From positions 50-64,049 of the forward strand of contig CANSPQ010000002.1 in NCBI GenBank assembly GCA_947648915.1: a DNA stretch of 64,000 bases, given 5' to 3'. The notes under the pieces were generated by a model. That model was not told the origin of the DNA and made no database searches. It saw nothing but the letters and a program-made list of their open reading frames with translations. The translations under genes were made by a program, and so were the position numbers. Below, one piece after another: positions 28,156-39,177 of the stretch. Numbering within the stretch: position 1 is the stretch's first letter; every line of letters starts with the position of its first letter. This stretch comes from an uncultured Bacillales bacterium (GTDB lineage: Bacteria; Bacillota_I; Bacilli_A; RF39; UBA660).

Positions 28156-29215
28156 ACCAATTGCCAGCTTCTCTCAATTTTTGAATAGTACTTTCATGTT
28201 CTTTTAACGTCTTTGAAAAATATACTTTCATATTTTTATCAGACGCGAAATATAGATAATCTGTATCAGATGGATGTAAAACAGCTTCTATCGCATCAAT
28301 TCCAGGATTGGAAATTGGTCCAACAGGAATTCCATCTACAACATAAGTATTGTAATCATTTTTTTTGAGATACGAATCACCAAATGCATCGCGTCCCATA
28401 ATTTTATGATCTCCATAATAAGCAGATGCACAACTTTGAAGTCTCATTTTTTTATCCAAGCGCGTTAAAAATACACTTGCCATTTTTCCAAAATCATCGA
28501 CATTATTTCCTTCTGATTGAATCATAGACGCTAATGTTATAATTTCATGTAAAGAATATTCATTTTTTTCAATATCAGTTCGAACTGTTTCTAATTTTTT
28601 ACCCATTTGATTTAACATCGTTGTAAAAATCTCTTCTACAGTTACATCTTTATTCAAAAATTGATAAGTGTCAGGAAATAAATAACCTTCAATAGGGTAA
28701 TAAGTATCCTTTTTAATACGATTATTTAAAAACCAATACTCGTCAATCAAAGAATCAATATAAACATCATCACTTGCTTTTTCAAGTACTTCTTCTTCTG
28801 TATGATTTGTATTTTGGGCTATGACTTCCGCAATTTGCTCCATATTAAGTCCTTCTCTAAAGGTAATGGTAATCACATCTGGATTATAAGTAGAACCTTG
28901 TTTTAATGTGTCTACTATTTTTTCAACACCCATATTTTCACTCAGTAGATATTTACCTGCCTCTAATCCTTTTACCTGATATAACTTAATATACAATTTA
29001 TAGAAAAATTCCGATTTGATTAGGTTTTGTTCTTTCAAATCTGCTCCAATTGTAGAAAATGTCTGTCCTGTTTTTACCTCAAATTCAACAAGTTCACTGT
29101 TATTACTCACTTTTCCTATATTTACTTTATAAATGGTACAACCAATGATAATAAGTAATGCACTAACGACAACTAAAATGCCTGCTACTATAGTAAATTT
29201 TTTCATATACATCAA
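28145..29215 (-). CDS. mltG: endolytic murein transglycosylase MltG (YceG family)
   Basis: N-terminal TM segment plus the YceG-like domain. Confidence 0.75.
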   Translation of the reverse strand: MMYMKKFTIVAGILVVVSALLIIIGCTIYKVNIGKVSNNSELVEFEVKTGQTFSTIGADLKEQNLIKSEFFYKLYIKLYQVKGLEAGKYLLSENMGVEKIVDTLKQGSTYNPDVITITFREGLNMEQIAEVIAQNTNHTEEEVLEKASDDVYIDSLIDEYWFLNNRIKKDTYYPIEGYLFPDTYQFLNKDVTVEEIFTTMLNQMGKKLETVRTDIEKNEYSLHEIITLASMIQSEGNNVDDFGKMASVFLTRLDKKMRLQSCASAYYGDHKIMGRDAFGDSYLKKNDYNTYVVDGIPVGPISNPGIDAIEAVLHPSDTDYLYFASDKNMKVYFSKTLKEHESTIQKLREAGNWYGS

Positions 29216-29224
29216 AACGAGCGA

Positions 29225-29575
29225 TTATTGCTCGTCTTCTCCATTCTTCGTTGCATTCGCAGATTCTTGTAATTCATTTAAAATGGTCTCAATAATCTTC
29301 CATTCCTTTTCTGTTTCAATTGGTTCTAATTTGGTTTCATCTTTATCTGGTTCATAAATAGATGCATATACCTTTGTATTTCCTTCTTCATCGGTTGTAT
29401 TATCTGTATATACCATATAATTTTTACCTGTTTCATCTGATTCAAATGTAAATAAAACTTCACACTCTACTTCTTTTCCTTCATCATCAAATACTTTAAA
29501 TGTCATTTTTTCTTCTTTCATAATTCTATCCTTTCTTTTTATCCAAATACGTCTGCAATATAATATTGGCAGCAA
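29225..29575 (-). CDS. DUF1292 (YrzB-like) protein
   Basis: Acidic protein, about 100 aa. FKVFDDEG...Y..Y signature. Confidence 0.55.
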   Translation of the reverse strand: MLPILYCRRIWIKRKDRIMKEEKMTFKVFDDEGKEVECEVLFTFESDETGKNYMVYTDNTTDEEGNTKVYASIYEPDKDETKLEPIETEKEWKIIETILNELQESANATKNGEDEQ

Positions 29576-29945
29576 CAGAATCTACTTTGGTCTTTCTTTT
29601 TTTTCTAGAAAGATCAGCTTCTAGTAAATAATGGGTTGCTTCCACTGTACTTAAGCGTTCATCTTGCAATACTACATCCATATTTAAATATTCTTTTAAT
29701 TTTTGTTGAAATAAAAGTGTTGTTTCTCCTCTATCTCCAACTGTGTTATTCATATTTTTGGGAAATCCAAGTACAATCAAATCTACTTCTTGTTCTTGAA
29801 CTATTTCTTTAATTTGCGGTAATAATACATTATAATCGCTATCTGGAAAACGAATCGTTATATAAGAACTTGCGATAGTTTTGGTAGAATCACTGAGAGA
29901 AATTCCCAATGTTCTTGTACCCAAATCAAGTCCCATTGCTCGCAT
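29526..29945 (-). CDS. ruvX: Holliday junction resolvase-like protein RuvX/YqgF
   Basis: GLDLGTRTLGISLSD N-terminal motif. Confidence 0.8.
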   Translation of the reverse strand: MRAMGLDLGTRTLGISLSDSTKTIASSYITIRFPDSDYNVLLPQIKEIVQEQEVDLIVLGFPKNMNNTVGDRGETTLLFQQKLKEYLNMDVVLQDERLSTVEATHYLLEADLSRKKRKTKVDSVAANIILQTYLDKKKG

Positions 29946-30184
29946 TATTTTACAACCTCTTTGACCAGCACCTCTAACAGTTTACTACGATCAAATTGCA
30001 TCATCATACTTCTCGCACCCTCATAGCTAGTAATATATCCAGGATCTCCACTCATAAAATACCCTACAATTTGATTTATGGGATTATAACCTCTTTTACG
30101 TAAGATTTCCATCACGTTTCTCATTGTCTCTAATGCAAGTGCATCATTGAACTCTACGTAATCATATACCTTGGTTTCTTCCAT
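29945..30184 (-). CDS. UPF0297/IreB family protein
   Basis: 79 aa. Conserved position upstream of ruvX. Confidence 0.55.
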   Translation of the reverse strand: MEETKVYDYVEFNDALALETMRNVMEILRKRGYNPINQIVGYFMSGDPGYITSYEGARSMMMQFDRSKLLEVLVKEVVK

Positions 30185-30306
30185 ACTATCCCCACCTTAT
30201 GAATACATGTTCATTGTATCATTTATAAATCAGTTTGGCAATCATTTTATTAGGAATAAATTCTGAAAAATGAAAAGTAAAATTTTTCAACAAAACGAAA
30301 AAATAT

Positions 30307-30795
30307 CTATTTTTTAGATATCTTTTCACCACGAGCCTCATTTTTCTTTGCACTCTTTTTTAATAAATCTCTGATTTCTTCTAGTAATAAAACTTCTTCT
30401 GACTTTACTGTTTTTACTTCTTCTATCTTCTCTTCTTCTTTTTTCTTTCCTAAATTTTCTAACGCATTCATCGATTTAATCATTAAAAATACGACAAATG
30501 CCATAATGACAAAGTTAATCACATCGGTTAGAAAAGCACCATAAGTTAGATGTAATTTCCCAATATTGAATACATAGGAACTAAAATCTACCTCACTAAA
30601 ACTTCCTAAAACAGGAGAAATTAGATTATCCGTTAAACTTTTCACAATACCTTGAAAAGCAGAACCAATTAATACCCCGACTGCCAAATCCATTACATTA
30701 CCACGTAATATGAAAGTTTTAAACTCTCCAAAAAATTTAGAGCTTTTCTTTTTCATTTGTTCTACTTCTTTTTTTACATTTTTCTTTCTTGCCAT
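30307..30795 (-). CDS. mscL: large-conductance mechanosensitive channel
   Basis: [15 protein letters not shown] motif. 2 TM. Confidence 0.8.
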   Translation of the reverse strand: MARKKNVKKEVEQMKKKSSKFFGEFKTFILRGNVMDLAVGVLIGSAFQGIVKSLTDNLISPVLGSFSEVDFSSYVFNIGKLHLTYGAFLTDVINFVIMAFVVFLMIKSMNALENLGKKKEEEKIEEVKTVKSEEVLLLEEIRDLLKKSAKKNEARGEKISKK

Positions 30796-30799
30796 AATA

Positions 30800-32551
30800 T
30801 CACTCCAATACTGCCTTAATTCTTCTTACTCCTGCACTGCTTGCTTCTTCCTTCTGAATACGGAAATGTCCTAATTCACTTGTATTTTTGACATGTGGAC
30901 CACCACATAATTCTTTGGAAACTTTCCCTATACTATATACTGTTACAATATCTGGATATTTATCAATAAACATACATTCCGCACCAAATTTGATGGCCTC
31001 TTCTTTTGGCATTTCTGTTACAACAACATCAAGTCCTGCCTCTATCCATTCATTGACCAAAGCTTCTGTTTTTTCCTTTTCCTCATCGGTTAACTTGTGA
31101 TCACAAGAGAAATCAAAACGCATTCTTTCTGGTGTAATATTACTTCCTTTTTGATGAACATCTTTACTAACCACAACTTTTAAAGCAGCATTTAGTAAAT
31201 GGGTAGCGGTATGATATTTGGTTTCTATTTCCCCATCTCCAGACAAACCACCTTTGAATTTTTGAACAGATCCTGCTCTCGATTTTTCTTGATGTTCTTT
31301 GAACTTCATTTGAAAACCTTCTGTATCTACAGTAATTCCTTTTTCAGATGCAAGTTCTTCTGTTAACTCAATCGGAAAACCATAGGTATCATATAAATGA
31401 AATGCTACATCTGCTGGAATTGTGTCTGTTTGTAAATGATTGATCTCTCTTTCAAATTCTTTGAGTCCCTTTTCTAAAGTACGATTGAATTTATTCTTTT
31501 CCTCTTTCAATACAGATAAAACGGTTTCTCTATTTTGTTCAATCTCATGATAATAGCTTTGATATTGATCCATTATTGTCGATGCGATTTGTTCTTCCCA
31601 ATTACTATTGATATCAATATTTAACTTTTTCGCATGGCGAATTGCTCTACGAATCAAACGTCTTAAAATATATCCTTGATCCGTATTACTTGGACGAATG
31701 CCTGCCTCATCTGCCGCAATAAAGACAGCAGTTCTAAGATGATCCGCAATAATACGCATACTCACCTTAGCATCCTGATAAGAAATGCCACTAATCTCTT
31801 CAATTTTATGAATGGTATCTTTCCAAATAGAAGTTTGATAGTTATCATCGACACCTTCTAAAATCGCAACAACTCTTTCTACACCCATTCCTGTATCCAC
31901 ATTTTTTTTGGGAAGCTCTGTTACAATTCCATCTACACTTTTATGATATTGCATAAATACATTATTCCATATTTCAACCCAACGATTATCTTCTGGATCA
32001 AAGAAATCTGGTACAGGATCTAGACTACGCCAGTAAAAAATCTCAGTATCTCCACCACAAGGACCAGATTCTCCTGCAATCCAAAAATTATCGTCTACCC
32101 CCAAATAAGCAATCTTAGATTCCCCAATACCCAATTGTCTCCAAATACCTGCACTCACTTCATCTCTTGGAATATCCTCGTTTCCCTCAAATACAGTAAC
32201 CGCAAGCCTTTCCACTGGTATTTTTAATACAGATGTCAAAAATTCAAAACTCCAAGTAATACTTTCTTCTTTAAAATAATCCCCTAAACTCCAGTTTCCA
32301 AGCATTTCAAAGAAGGTATGATGCGAACTATCTCCTACTACATCCAAATCAGTTAAACGAATGCACTTTTGATAATCGACAAGTCTTGTGCCATAAGGAT
32401 GTGGTTGTCCTAGCAAATAAGGAATTAATGGTTGCATTCCTGCGGTATTAAATAATACCGTTGGATCATTTTCTGGAACAACAGGTGCACTTGGTATTTG
32501 TTTATGACCCTTACTAATAAAAAAATTAATATATAAATCCTTTAAATTCAT
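30800..32551 (-). CDS. alaS: alanine--tRNA ligase (catalytic plus editing domains; no C-Ala domain)
   Basis: [18 protein letters not shown] class II motif. Editing-domain H..THLL and CGG.HV motifs. Ends after the editing domain at 583 aa. Confidence 0.8.
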   Translation of the reverse strand: MNLKDLYINFFISKGHKQIPSAPVVPENDPTVLFNTAGMQPLIPYLLGQPHPYGTRLVDYQKCIRLTDLDVVGDSSHHTFFEMLGNWSLGDYFKEESITWSFEFLTSVLKIPVERLAVTVFEGNEDIPRDEVSAGIWRQLGIGESKIAYLGVDDNFWIAGESGPCGGDTEIFYWRSLDPVPDFFDPEDNRWVEIWNNVFMQYHKSVDGIVTELPKKNVDTGMGVERVVAILEGVDDNYQTSIWKDTIHKIEEISGISYQDAKVSMRIIADHLRTAVFIAADEAGIRPSNTDQGYILRRLIRRAIRHAKKLNIDINSNWEEQIASTIMDQYQSYYHEIEQNRETVLSVLKEEKNKFNRTLEKGLKEFEREINHLQTDTIPADVAFHLYDTYGFPIELTEELASEKGITVDTEGFQMKFKEHQEKSRAGSVQKFKGGLSGDGEIETKYHTATHLLNAALKVVVSKDVHQKGSNITPERMRFDFSCDHKLTDEEKEKTEALVNEWIEAGLDVVVTEMPKEEAIKFGAECMFIDKYPDIVTVYSIGKVSKELCGGPHVKNTSELGHFRIQKEEASSAGVRRIKAVLE

Positions 32552-32552
32552 A

Positions 32553-33101
32553 TTACATTACCTCTTTCATAATTGTTTCTACTTTTACTTTTAAATCTGC
32601 TAAGGTACCATCGTTGATAATTTTGTAGTCGTATTTATCAAAATGATCCAGTCCTACTTCGGTACGATGCTGTTGCTGTGTTATGGTCAATTCTGATTCC
32701 AAATTAGGACGACTTACGTAAAGCACATAGACATATTTGAACTGTTTTTGTAAAGTCGTAATTTCTTCTTCTAATCTAACATCAGAAATAATAATAACAT
32801 CATAAAAGTATGAATACACCTTGATATCTTCACACATGCGATGGATAAAGAAAAATTCATCTATTTGTTCACGAATAAGTGAAGTTCCAAGTTGTTGTAA
32901 CAATTCTCTTGGTTTGGTTTCTTCACTGCCATCCCAATCACTAATCCGTTTGGCATATTCCTTAATGTAATGGGAATATTGTAATTTAATTACTTTCTGA
33001 TTGGAATAATAATCACAAATAAAATCTCCTACTGTGTCTTTTCCATTTCTCGCTTTTCCAGCAATCAAAAATATTTTTGGTTCCTTATTTTGATATTCCA
33101 T
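32553..33101 (-). CDS. P-loop NTPase, dNMP kinase-like
   Basis: Walker A IAGKARNGKDT. Confidence 0.4.
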   Translation of the reverse strand: MEYQNKEPKIFLIAGKARNGKDTVGDFICDYYSNQKVIKLQYSHYIKEYAKRISDWDGSEETKPRELLQQLGTSLIREQIDEFFFIHRMCEDIKVYSYFYDVIIISDVRLEEEITTLQKQFKYVYVLYVSRPNLESELTITQQQHRTEVGLDHFDKYDYKIINDGTLADLKVKVETIMKEVM

Positions 33102-33310
33102 AAAATGCTCCTTTCAAAAGAAAAACCACGGGTATTTTCTAGGAACGAAAAAAACCGTGGTACCATCCTAATTGTGTCTTATTTTGGATAACGGATTTCA
33201 TCCGGTAATTACACTAGAAGATAGCTTTCAAAAATAAACTTAGATTCGTTTTCACCTACCACGAATTCTCTTCATTTCTACTTATTTTTTACTTTTTCTT
33301 CATCATCGCT

Positions 33311-34459
33311 TTAATCATTATAATTTAGTATACCATATTTTTCATCAAAAAACATAAAAATCGATTTACATACGGCAATAATTGGTGTTGAAATCGCCAT
33401 TCCTATGATACCAAAGAAATATCCAAACACGAGTAATCCAATAATAATCGTTACAGGATGTAATTTGGTAGTCTTACTCATAATGAGTGGTTGTAAGAAG
33501 TTTCCTTCTATAAATTGAATCACTGCGATTACAATGAGTGTGAGTATTCCTGTCATCGGTCCTTGAGAAAATCCGACAATTACGGCAGGAGCTCCCCCAA
33601 TATAAGGACCCGCAAAAGGGATTACATTGGTAATTCCACAGAAGAGTCCAAATAGAAGAGGTGCTTTTAATCCAACAATCCATAATCCTAAAGAGGTAAT
33701 GACAAAGATAAGTGTACAATCGATTACAGCACCCTGTACAAATCTTCTTAAAGAAGTATTGACCTCATTGAATAAATCTCTCGTATCATTCTGCATTTTC
33801 CTTGGCAATAAAGTAATTAAAACATCGCTCGCATTATCAAAACTCATAAGTAAATAGAATCCAATAATGAGACCAACTACAAAACTTCCTGCTCCAGAAA
33901 AGAAACTGCTAATAAAAGTAACAATCATTTCTGGTAAATCTTTCGTCAATCCGACACCAAAGTCTTCTATTTTTTGAAACAAATCTTCTTTTACAGCAAG
34001 GGCATCAAACCCTTCGAAATGACTTAATTGATTAAATCCTGTATCAATCCAACCTTTTACCGTTTCCACAATAGAAGGTAATGTTTTTGCAAAATCGTTG
34101 ATTTGACTTGCCAAAACAGGGATAATAGATCCTATTACAATCGCAAGTCCACCCACTAATAATACATAAGTAATAATCGTTCCATATCCTCTTCTGATTC
34201 CTTTTTTCTTTAACCATTTGACAAAAGGGTCAAAAAGCCAAGCAATAAAGAAACCAATAAAAAGTGGCGAAATTGTTTTTAATAAAATGATTATTGTATT
34301 TTTGAGTTTTAATTCTTTAAATAGCATTGTCAAAATATAGATTGCTAAAATAATTAATAATACATATACAATTCTTAAAATTTTTTCAGATGTACTAATG
34401 ACATGATTGAGTTTATGATAATCAATTTTCTCATTTGTCTTTTCTTTTTTCTGAAACAT
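33311..34459 (-). CDS. AI-2E family transporter (UPF0118/PerM)
   Basis: 8-TM topology. Family-typical length and charge pattern. Confidence 0.65.
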   Translation of the reverse strand: MFQKKEKTNEKIDYHKLNHVISTSEKILRIVYVLLIILAIYILTMLFKELKLKNTIIILLKTISPLFIGFFIAWLFDPFVKWLKKKGIRRGYGTIITYVLLVGGLAIVIGSIIPVLASQINDFAKTLPSIVETVKGWIDTGFNQLSHFEGFDALAVKEDLFQKIEDFGVGLTKDLPEMIVTFISSFFSGAGSFVVGLIIGFYLLMSFDNASDVLITLLPRKMQNDTRDLFNEVNTSLRRFVQGAVIDCTLIFVITSLGLWIVGLKAPLLFGLFCGITNVIPFAGPYIGGAPAVIVGFSQGPMTGILTLIVIAVIQFIEGNFLQPLIMSKTTKLHPVTIIIGLLVFGYFFGIIGMAISTPIIAVCKSIFMFFDEKYGILNYND

Positions 34460-34534
34460 AGGTCACCCATCCTTTCTGCATATTATACCAAATATTGGTT
34501 AAAAATACTACATAAATGAAAAAAATGACATACA

Positions 34535-34876
34535 TCATTTATTTTCTTCTATCCAATTATGAATCAACTCTTTTGGCATGTAGCCATTTTTGGTTGCGAC
34601 TGGTTTCCCATCCTTAAATAGAATCATAGTTGGGACACTCATAATACCATATGTTTTTGATAGGTTTGGGTTTTGATCCACATCAATTTTTACAATCTGA
34701 ACTTCACTTCTTTCACTTGCAATTTCTTCTAAGACAGGTCCTAACATTTTACAAGGTCCACACCAAGTAGCAAAAAAGTCTACAACTGTGATATTCCTTG
34801 CAACTAACTCATTAAAATTATCTTCATTCCCTATGATTACGCTCATTTTATTGTTCCTTTCTTTCTCTACACTCAC
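34535..34876 (-). CDS. trxA: thioredoxin
   Basis: WCGPC active site. Confidence 0.85.
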   Translation of the reverse strand: MSVEKERNNKMSVIIGNEDNFNELVARNITVVDFFATWCGPCKMLGPVLEEIASERSEVQIVKIDVDQNPNLSKTYGIMSVPTMILFKDGKPVATKNGYMPKELIHNWIEENK

Positions 34877-35597
34877 GTGCTGTATGGTTTCTATAACATT
34901 CTAACACTTCTTCTACACCATCAATTTGTAATTTATTTTTTTCAATCAATTTATCCACTGAATTTATAGTGATAATATTGTATCCTAAAAATAAGTCTAA
35001 TGTATCCTTATTAAATTCATTCGCATTTGGCGCTTGTTCATATTTTTCCTTTAAAGATGTAAATTCTTCTACTACTTTTAAAGTCTCATCTGCAAATAGA
35101 GATAAAATTGGCGTATTTTTAAGAATACTTGGTCTCATTTTAGAATCTTCTACCACACCAATATGGAAGACAGGTAAACTCAAAATATATAATACGATAA
35201 ATATCCATACAAAGGATTCCAATGCACCTATAATTGCGCCCAATATTTTAGATGGAATTCCTAAAATAATTGTAAAATTCAAAATTTTCTCGAAAATAGA
35301 ACTTGCAAATAACAATAATTTTAAAATGACAGTTAAAATCGCAACTAAAATAAGGAGTGCAATGAACTCATATAACGCGATATTTAAAACGGTTACTCCT
35401 TTTAAAACACCACCAAATTTGAAAAATGGTAAATGCTCATACATGAAAATAGAAACAGGATTTTTTAACCAAAATGCAAGCACAACGACAAGAAATACCC
35501 CTAGAAATGAAAGTACTTGCTTCGTAAATCCTCTTTTAAAACCAATCACAGCGCCTAATAATATCATTAAAATAATAATTGCATCTATTATATTCAT
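34848..35597 (-). CDS. CvpA family membrane protein
   Basis: 4 TM. CvpA-like N-terminal MNIIDAIIILMILLGAVIGFKRGF. Confidence 0.55.
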   Translation of the reverse strand: MNIIDAIIILMILLGAVIGFKRGFTKQVLSFLGVFLVVVLAFWLKNPVSIFMYEHLPFFKFGGVLKGVTVLNIALYEFIALLILVAILTVILKLLLFASSIFEKILNFTIILGIPSKILGAIIGALESFVWIFIVLYILSLPVFHIGVVEDSKMRPSILKNTPILSLFADETLKVVEEFTSLKEKYEQAPNANEFNKDTLDLFLGYNIITINSVDKLIEKNKLQIDGVEEVLECYRNHTARECRERKEQ

Positions 35598-35700
35598 ATT
35601 AGTATCATTCCCTTCTATCCTAATTATATTACAAAAAATGGAAAAAAGAAAGAAATAATCTTTGTGTTATGGTAAAATGGTAATAGATGGAGTTGATACT

Positions 35701-36660
35701 ATGACGATATCCTTTCAAATCAGTGAAAATACGAAAGAAAAAATGATTGAATATTTTGAGGATAAAAAGAGACCAAAAACACCTGCATATGCTGTTTTTC
35801 AGGCAGATGAAGCAGATACTGTAGTTACATTGTATGAATCTGGTAAAGTGGTCTTTCAAGGGGTTAGTGCCGATATTGATGCCAATCTATGGAAAGAAAC
35901 AGAGCGACATTTAAACCCACTTTCTAACATTAAAGAAAAAAATAGTGAAGACAAAAAGAAAAAGGATAAAGAAGAAATTAAGATAAACACAAAAATCTAT
36001 CAGGCTTCTACAATCGGATCGGATGAAGTGGGAACTGGTGACTATTTTGGACCAATTGTTGTAACGGGTGCTTATGTGGCAAAAGAAAACATTCCTTTTT
36101 TGGAAGAGTTAGGTGTCAAAGATTCGAAAAAATTAGATGATGCCAAAATCTTAGAAATCGTACCAAAATTAATTCAAAAAATACCTTATGCTTGTTATGT
36201 ACTATCCAATCAAGAATATAATCAGAAATACAGTGATAACATCAATATGAATAAGATCAAAGCCATATTGCATAATAAAGTATTGCTTGCGATGACAGAA
36301 CAGTATCCAAAGACAGACTATGTAGTAGTAGATGAATTTGCAAAACCTAATTTATATTTTAATTATTTAAAAGAAACACCAACCTATCGCAATATTACTT
36401 TTATGACAAAGGCAGAAAGTAAGTGTTTATCTGTTGCTTGTGCTTCTATGATTAGTCGCTATGTTTTTATTAAAGAATTTGAAAAATTAGAAAGAATAGT
36501 GAATATGCATTTACCAAAAGGTGCCAGTAACTTAGTAGACGAGACAGGAGCTAAATTGGTACAAAACTATGGATTTGATATTTTAAATAAAATAGCTAAA
36601 TTAAGTTTCAAAAATACAAATAAAATTAAAGATATAGTAAAAGAAGATTCAATAAGCTGA
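35701..36660 (+). CDS. rnhC: ribonuclease HIII
   Basis: N-terminal DUF3378-like domain, then the RNase HII-like GSDEVGTGDYFGP catalytic motif. Confidence 0.75.
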   Translation: MTISFQISENTKEKMIEYFEDKKRPKTPAYAVFQADEADTVVTLYESGKVVFQGVSADIDANLWKETERHLNPLSNIKEKNSEDKKKKDKEEIKINTKIYQASTIGSDEVGTGDYFGPIVVTGAYVAKENIPFLEELGVKDSKKLDDAKILEIVPKLIQKIPYACYVLSNQEYNQKYSDNINMNKIKAILHNKVLLAMTEQYPKTDYVVVDEFAKPNLYFNYLKETPTYRNITFMTKAESKCLSVACASMISRYVFIKEFEKLERIVNMHLPKGASNLVDETGAKLVQNYGFDILNKIAKLSFKNTNKIKDIVKEDSIS

Positions 36661-36670
36661 ATCTTCTTTT

Positions 36671-39091
36671 TTATTCAAAACCACCTTGACATGTGTTACT
36701 TCCTGTCTTACAGGCATTCCAATTGGAATTTACATAGCCACCCTGACATGTATTACTTCCCCTTATACAAGAATTCCATGTCGTATTTACATAACCACCT
36801 TTGCAAGTATTACTTCCTGTCTTACATGCATTCCATGTAGTATTAACATAACCAGGTTGACAAGTATTGCTTCCCGTTAAACATGCATTATATGTAGCAG
36901 ATGTATAATTGTATTTCCAACATAAAGAGCCATTGTCATTATATCCACTTGGGCAAGAATTAACTGTATAATGACAAACATAATATGTGCCTGTTGCCTC
37001 TTTTTGACAATTAGAACTTCCATATTTCGAACAGAAGTTTTGACAAGCAGCAGCAGTAGTACCAGCACTTTGAGTTTTTTGCGTTTTCGTATAACTTCTT
37101 GTAGAAGTTGTTCTACATTGATTTCCATTGACTAAAGTTCCACTGGTACATGAATATCCACCTTGGCAAGTATTACTTCCCGTTGCGCATTCACGATATT
37201 CTTGATTATATCCGCCTTGGCAAGTATTACTTCCAGTTGCGCATTCACGATATTCTTGGTTATAGCCACCTTGACAAGTATTACTTCCTGTTGCACAATC
37301 ACTCCATACAGAACTCTCATAACCACCCTGACAAGTATTACTTCCCGTTTTACAACTATTATACTTGTAAGTTCTTGTAGCAAGATAAGTATTTCCTGCC
37401 TTATCTTGACATTCGTAAGTTTTAGTTACATTACTTGTTCCTGACAATGTCCATGTAGTTCCTGCTTTATCAGGATGAATTTCATTATTATCTTTACAAG
37501 TAACCCCTGTCATTGAAAATTCAGCTGTTGGAGGAATATTATCTACTTTATAATTCAAACCACAGGCAATATCACTTTCAATCCCAGTTTTACTAATAAT
37601 TTTTCCACATACTTTTTGTCCTACTGTATTGTTTCCTATAGAAATATTAGTTCCAATTGATACTTCAGTCGTAGGATTACAAGTTTCATCAGAAGTAATA
37701 CAATAATACCAAGAAGCAATTCCACTTGGACCACTACTTTGCTTTTCAACTTGTAGGGATACTGACTTGTACCATCCTTCTATTCCTGCACTTACATTCG
37801 CTTCTTTTATCGTAGCAACTGGTTTCACACGATCGATATTAGAAACATTGAAGGCACTAGCACTTTTATAATTTAACCCATCACTTACTTGAGCAATGAC
37901 AGATCCATTATCTGAAAACGTTAAAGTTGGACTTGAATCTACTTGATACCATATTCCAGCTTGTAAGTTCTTTGTTTTTCCACCTTCACAAGTATAAGAT
38001 CCATTATAAACGCTACTGCATGAAATAGCATCTATATCAGATATAACATCTAAAGAAGGTTTAATCAGATATACACCATCTTTACTAAATTGAACAGTCA
38101 CATCTACATTTCCCGCAGTCCATCCAGTTGGTGTATGTGTATAAGTAGGGACTTCTAACTCTGCTACTGAAATCTGTTTTACTTCACTTTCCTTATACAA
38201 ATTATTTTCTTTTTTACTTTCTACATAAGTTCCATTATATACTCTAACTTTAACGGTATAAATAATAGGATCTAATTGAGTGAAAGTATAAGTATTACTG
38301 GACTGAATATCGGTCCACGTTGTTCCATTATCATTACTAAATTGATATCTAGCAATTCCGCTTTCAGAATCTATACCAGAAGCAATCACTGTTATACTTT
38401 TACCAGAAGTACTATAACTAAAGTCTGCATTCGTAGGAGCCGTTTTATCAATATTTATGTTAATCTCATTCTTGCCTCTTACTTCGCTAATATTTCGAAT
38501 ATAACAATAAACAGTAACAGGTACATCTCCAATTGTTTGATATTCCGCTGTTCCAATTTTTCCTACACCCTTAATAGTATAATCATAATTTTCTCTCAGT
38601 CCAATTCCATAATTTAAAGGTCCTGCCTTTACCGGCATTGTATTCATAATAACAATAGGATTGATTCCATACCATCCATTCGCACCCATCTCTTCTTTTG
38701 TTTTTAATTCGCAAGTTGGTACACTTAAATCACAATCTCCATCATATATTTCTAATGCATCCTTTTCCCCAATTGCACAATATCTTCCATCACTCACATT
38801 AGAAGCTTTTACATTACCAGACTGACCAAGAATTAATCTTCCTGAAACAAAGGTATTATTTTTAAATTCAATATCTTTTACTTCGATTCCTTCTTCTGGA
38901 ATTTCATCTAAGTTATGTTGTACTAAATAATATTGTATTTCTTGAAATGCTTGATATACACTATCTTTAAATGCATTTCTTCTAGCATTTTCAATACTAT
39001 CCATTATTGTCGGTACTGCAATAAATGCAACAATAGCTAATATAATGACGACCGCTAATAACTCTACTAATGTAAATCCTTTTTTCTTCAT
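36671..39091 (-). CDS. large (806 aa) type IV pilin-like protein with Ig-like middle region and eight C-terminal Cys-rich tandem repeats
   Basis: Class III signal peptide KKGFTLVELLAVVIILAI (cleavage at G/FTLVE). Repeats C-x-TGSNTCQGGY-x6-8, with a period of about 22 aa. Confidence 0.65.
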   Translation of the reverse strand: MKKKGFTLVELLAVVIILAIVAFIAVPTIMDSIENARRNAFKDSVYQAFQEIQYYLVQHNLDEIPEEGIEVKDIEFKNNTFVSGRLILGQSGNVKASNVSDGRYCAIGEKDALEIYDGDCDLSVPTCELKTKEEMGANGWYGINPIVIMNTMPVKAGPLNYGIGLRENYDYTIKGVGKIGTAEYQTIGDVPVTVYCYIRNISEVRGKNEININIDKTAPTNADFSYSTSGKSITVIASGIDSESGIARYQFSNDNGTTWTDIQSSNTYTFTQLDPIIYTVKVRVYNGTYVESKKENNLYKESEVKQISVAELEVPTYTHTPTGWTAGNVDVTVQFSKDGVYLIKPSLDVISDIDAISCSSVYNGSYTCEGGKTKNLQAGIWYQVDSSPTLTFSDNGSVIAQVSDGLNYKSASAFNVSNIDRVKPVATIKEANVSAGIEGWYKSVSLQVEKQSSGPSGIASWYYCITSDETCNPTTEVSIGTNISIGNNTVGQKVCGKIISKTGIESDIACGLNYKVDNIPPTAEFSMTGVTCKDNNEIHPDKAGTTWTLSGTSNVTKTYECQDKAGNTYLATRTYKYNSCKTGSNTCQGGYESSVWSDCATGSNTCQGGYNQEYRECATGSNTCQGGYNQEYRECATGSNTCQGGYSCTSGTLVNGNQCRTTSTRSYTKTQKTQSAGTTAAACQNFCSKYGSSNCQKEATGTYYVCHYTVNSCPSGYNDNGSLCWKYNYTSATYNACLTGSNTCQPGYVNTTWNACKTGSNTCKGGYVNTTWNSCIRGSNTCQGGYVNSNWNACKTGSNTCQGGFE
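36680..37330. repeat. about 66-bp tandem coding repeats (8 copies) within the pilin-like gene
   Basis: Recurrent ccttgacaagtattacttcc(c/t)gtt units in the DNA. Confidence 0.7.
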
Positions 39092-39177
39092 AATGCACTT
39101 CCTCTTCTCTATTCTATAGTTAGTATACCATTTTCCCTATTTTTCCGCAAGAAAAAAGAAATATTCAACTAATATTT

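Noticed and set aside
30800-32551. alaS as a truncated pseudogene
   Set aside because: ORF is intact through the end of the editing domain with a normal stop, and the adjacent gene follows immediately. It is more likely a naturally short AlaRS than a disruption.
34969-35658. 229-aa plus-strand ORF
   Set aside because: Entirely antisense to the well-supported cvpA gene. Low-complexity translation of AT-rich DNA with no RBS, so it is spurious. The same reasoning applies to the many 60-140-aa plus-strand ORFs embedded in minus-strand genes (for example 4186-4476, 13101-13520, 47372-47722, 56105-56419).
36680-37330. Tandem DNA repeats as a CRISPR array
   Set aside because: The repeats are in frame inside a coding region and encode Cys-rich protein repeats. 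There are no unique spacers or cas genes.
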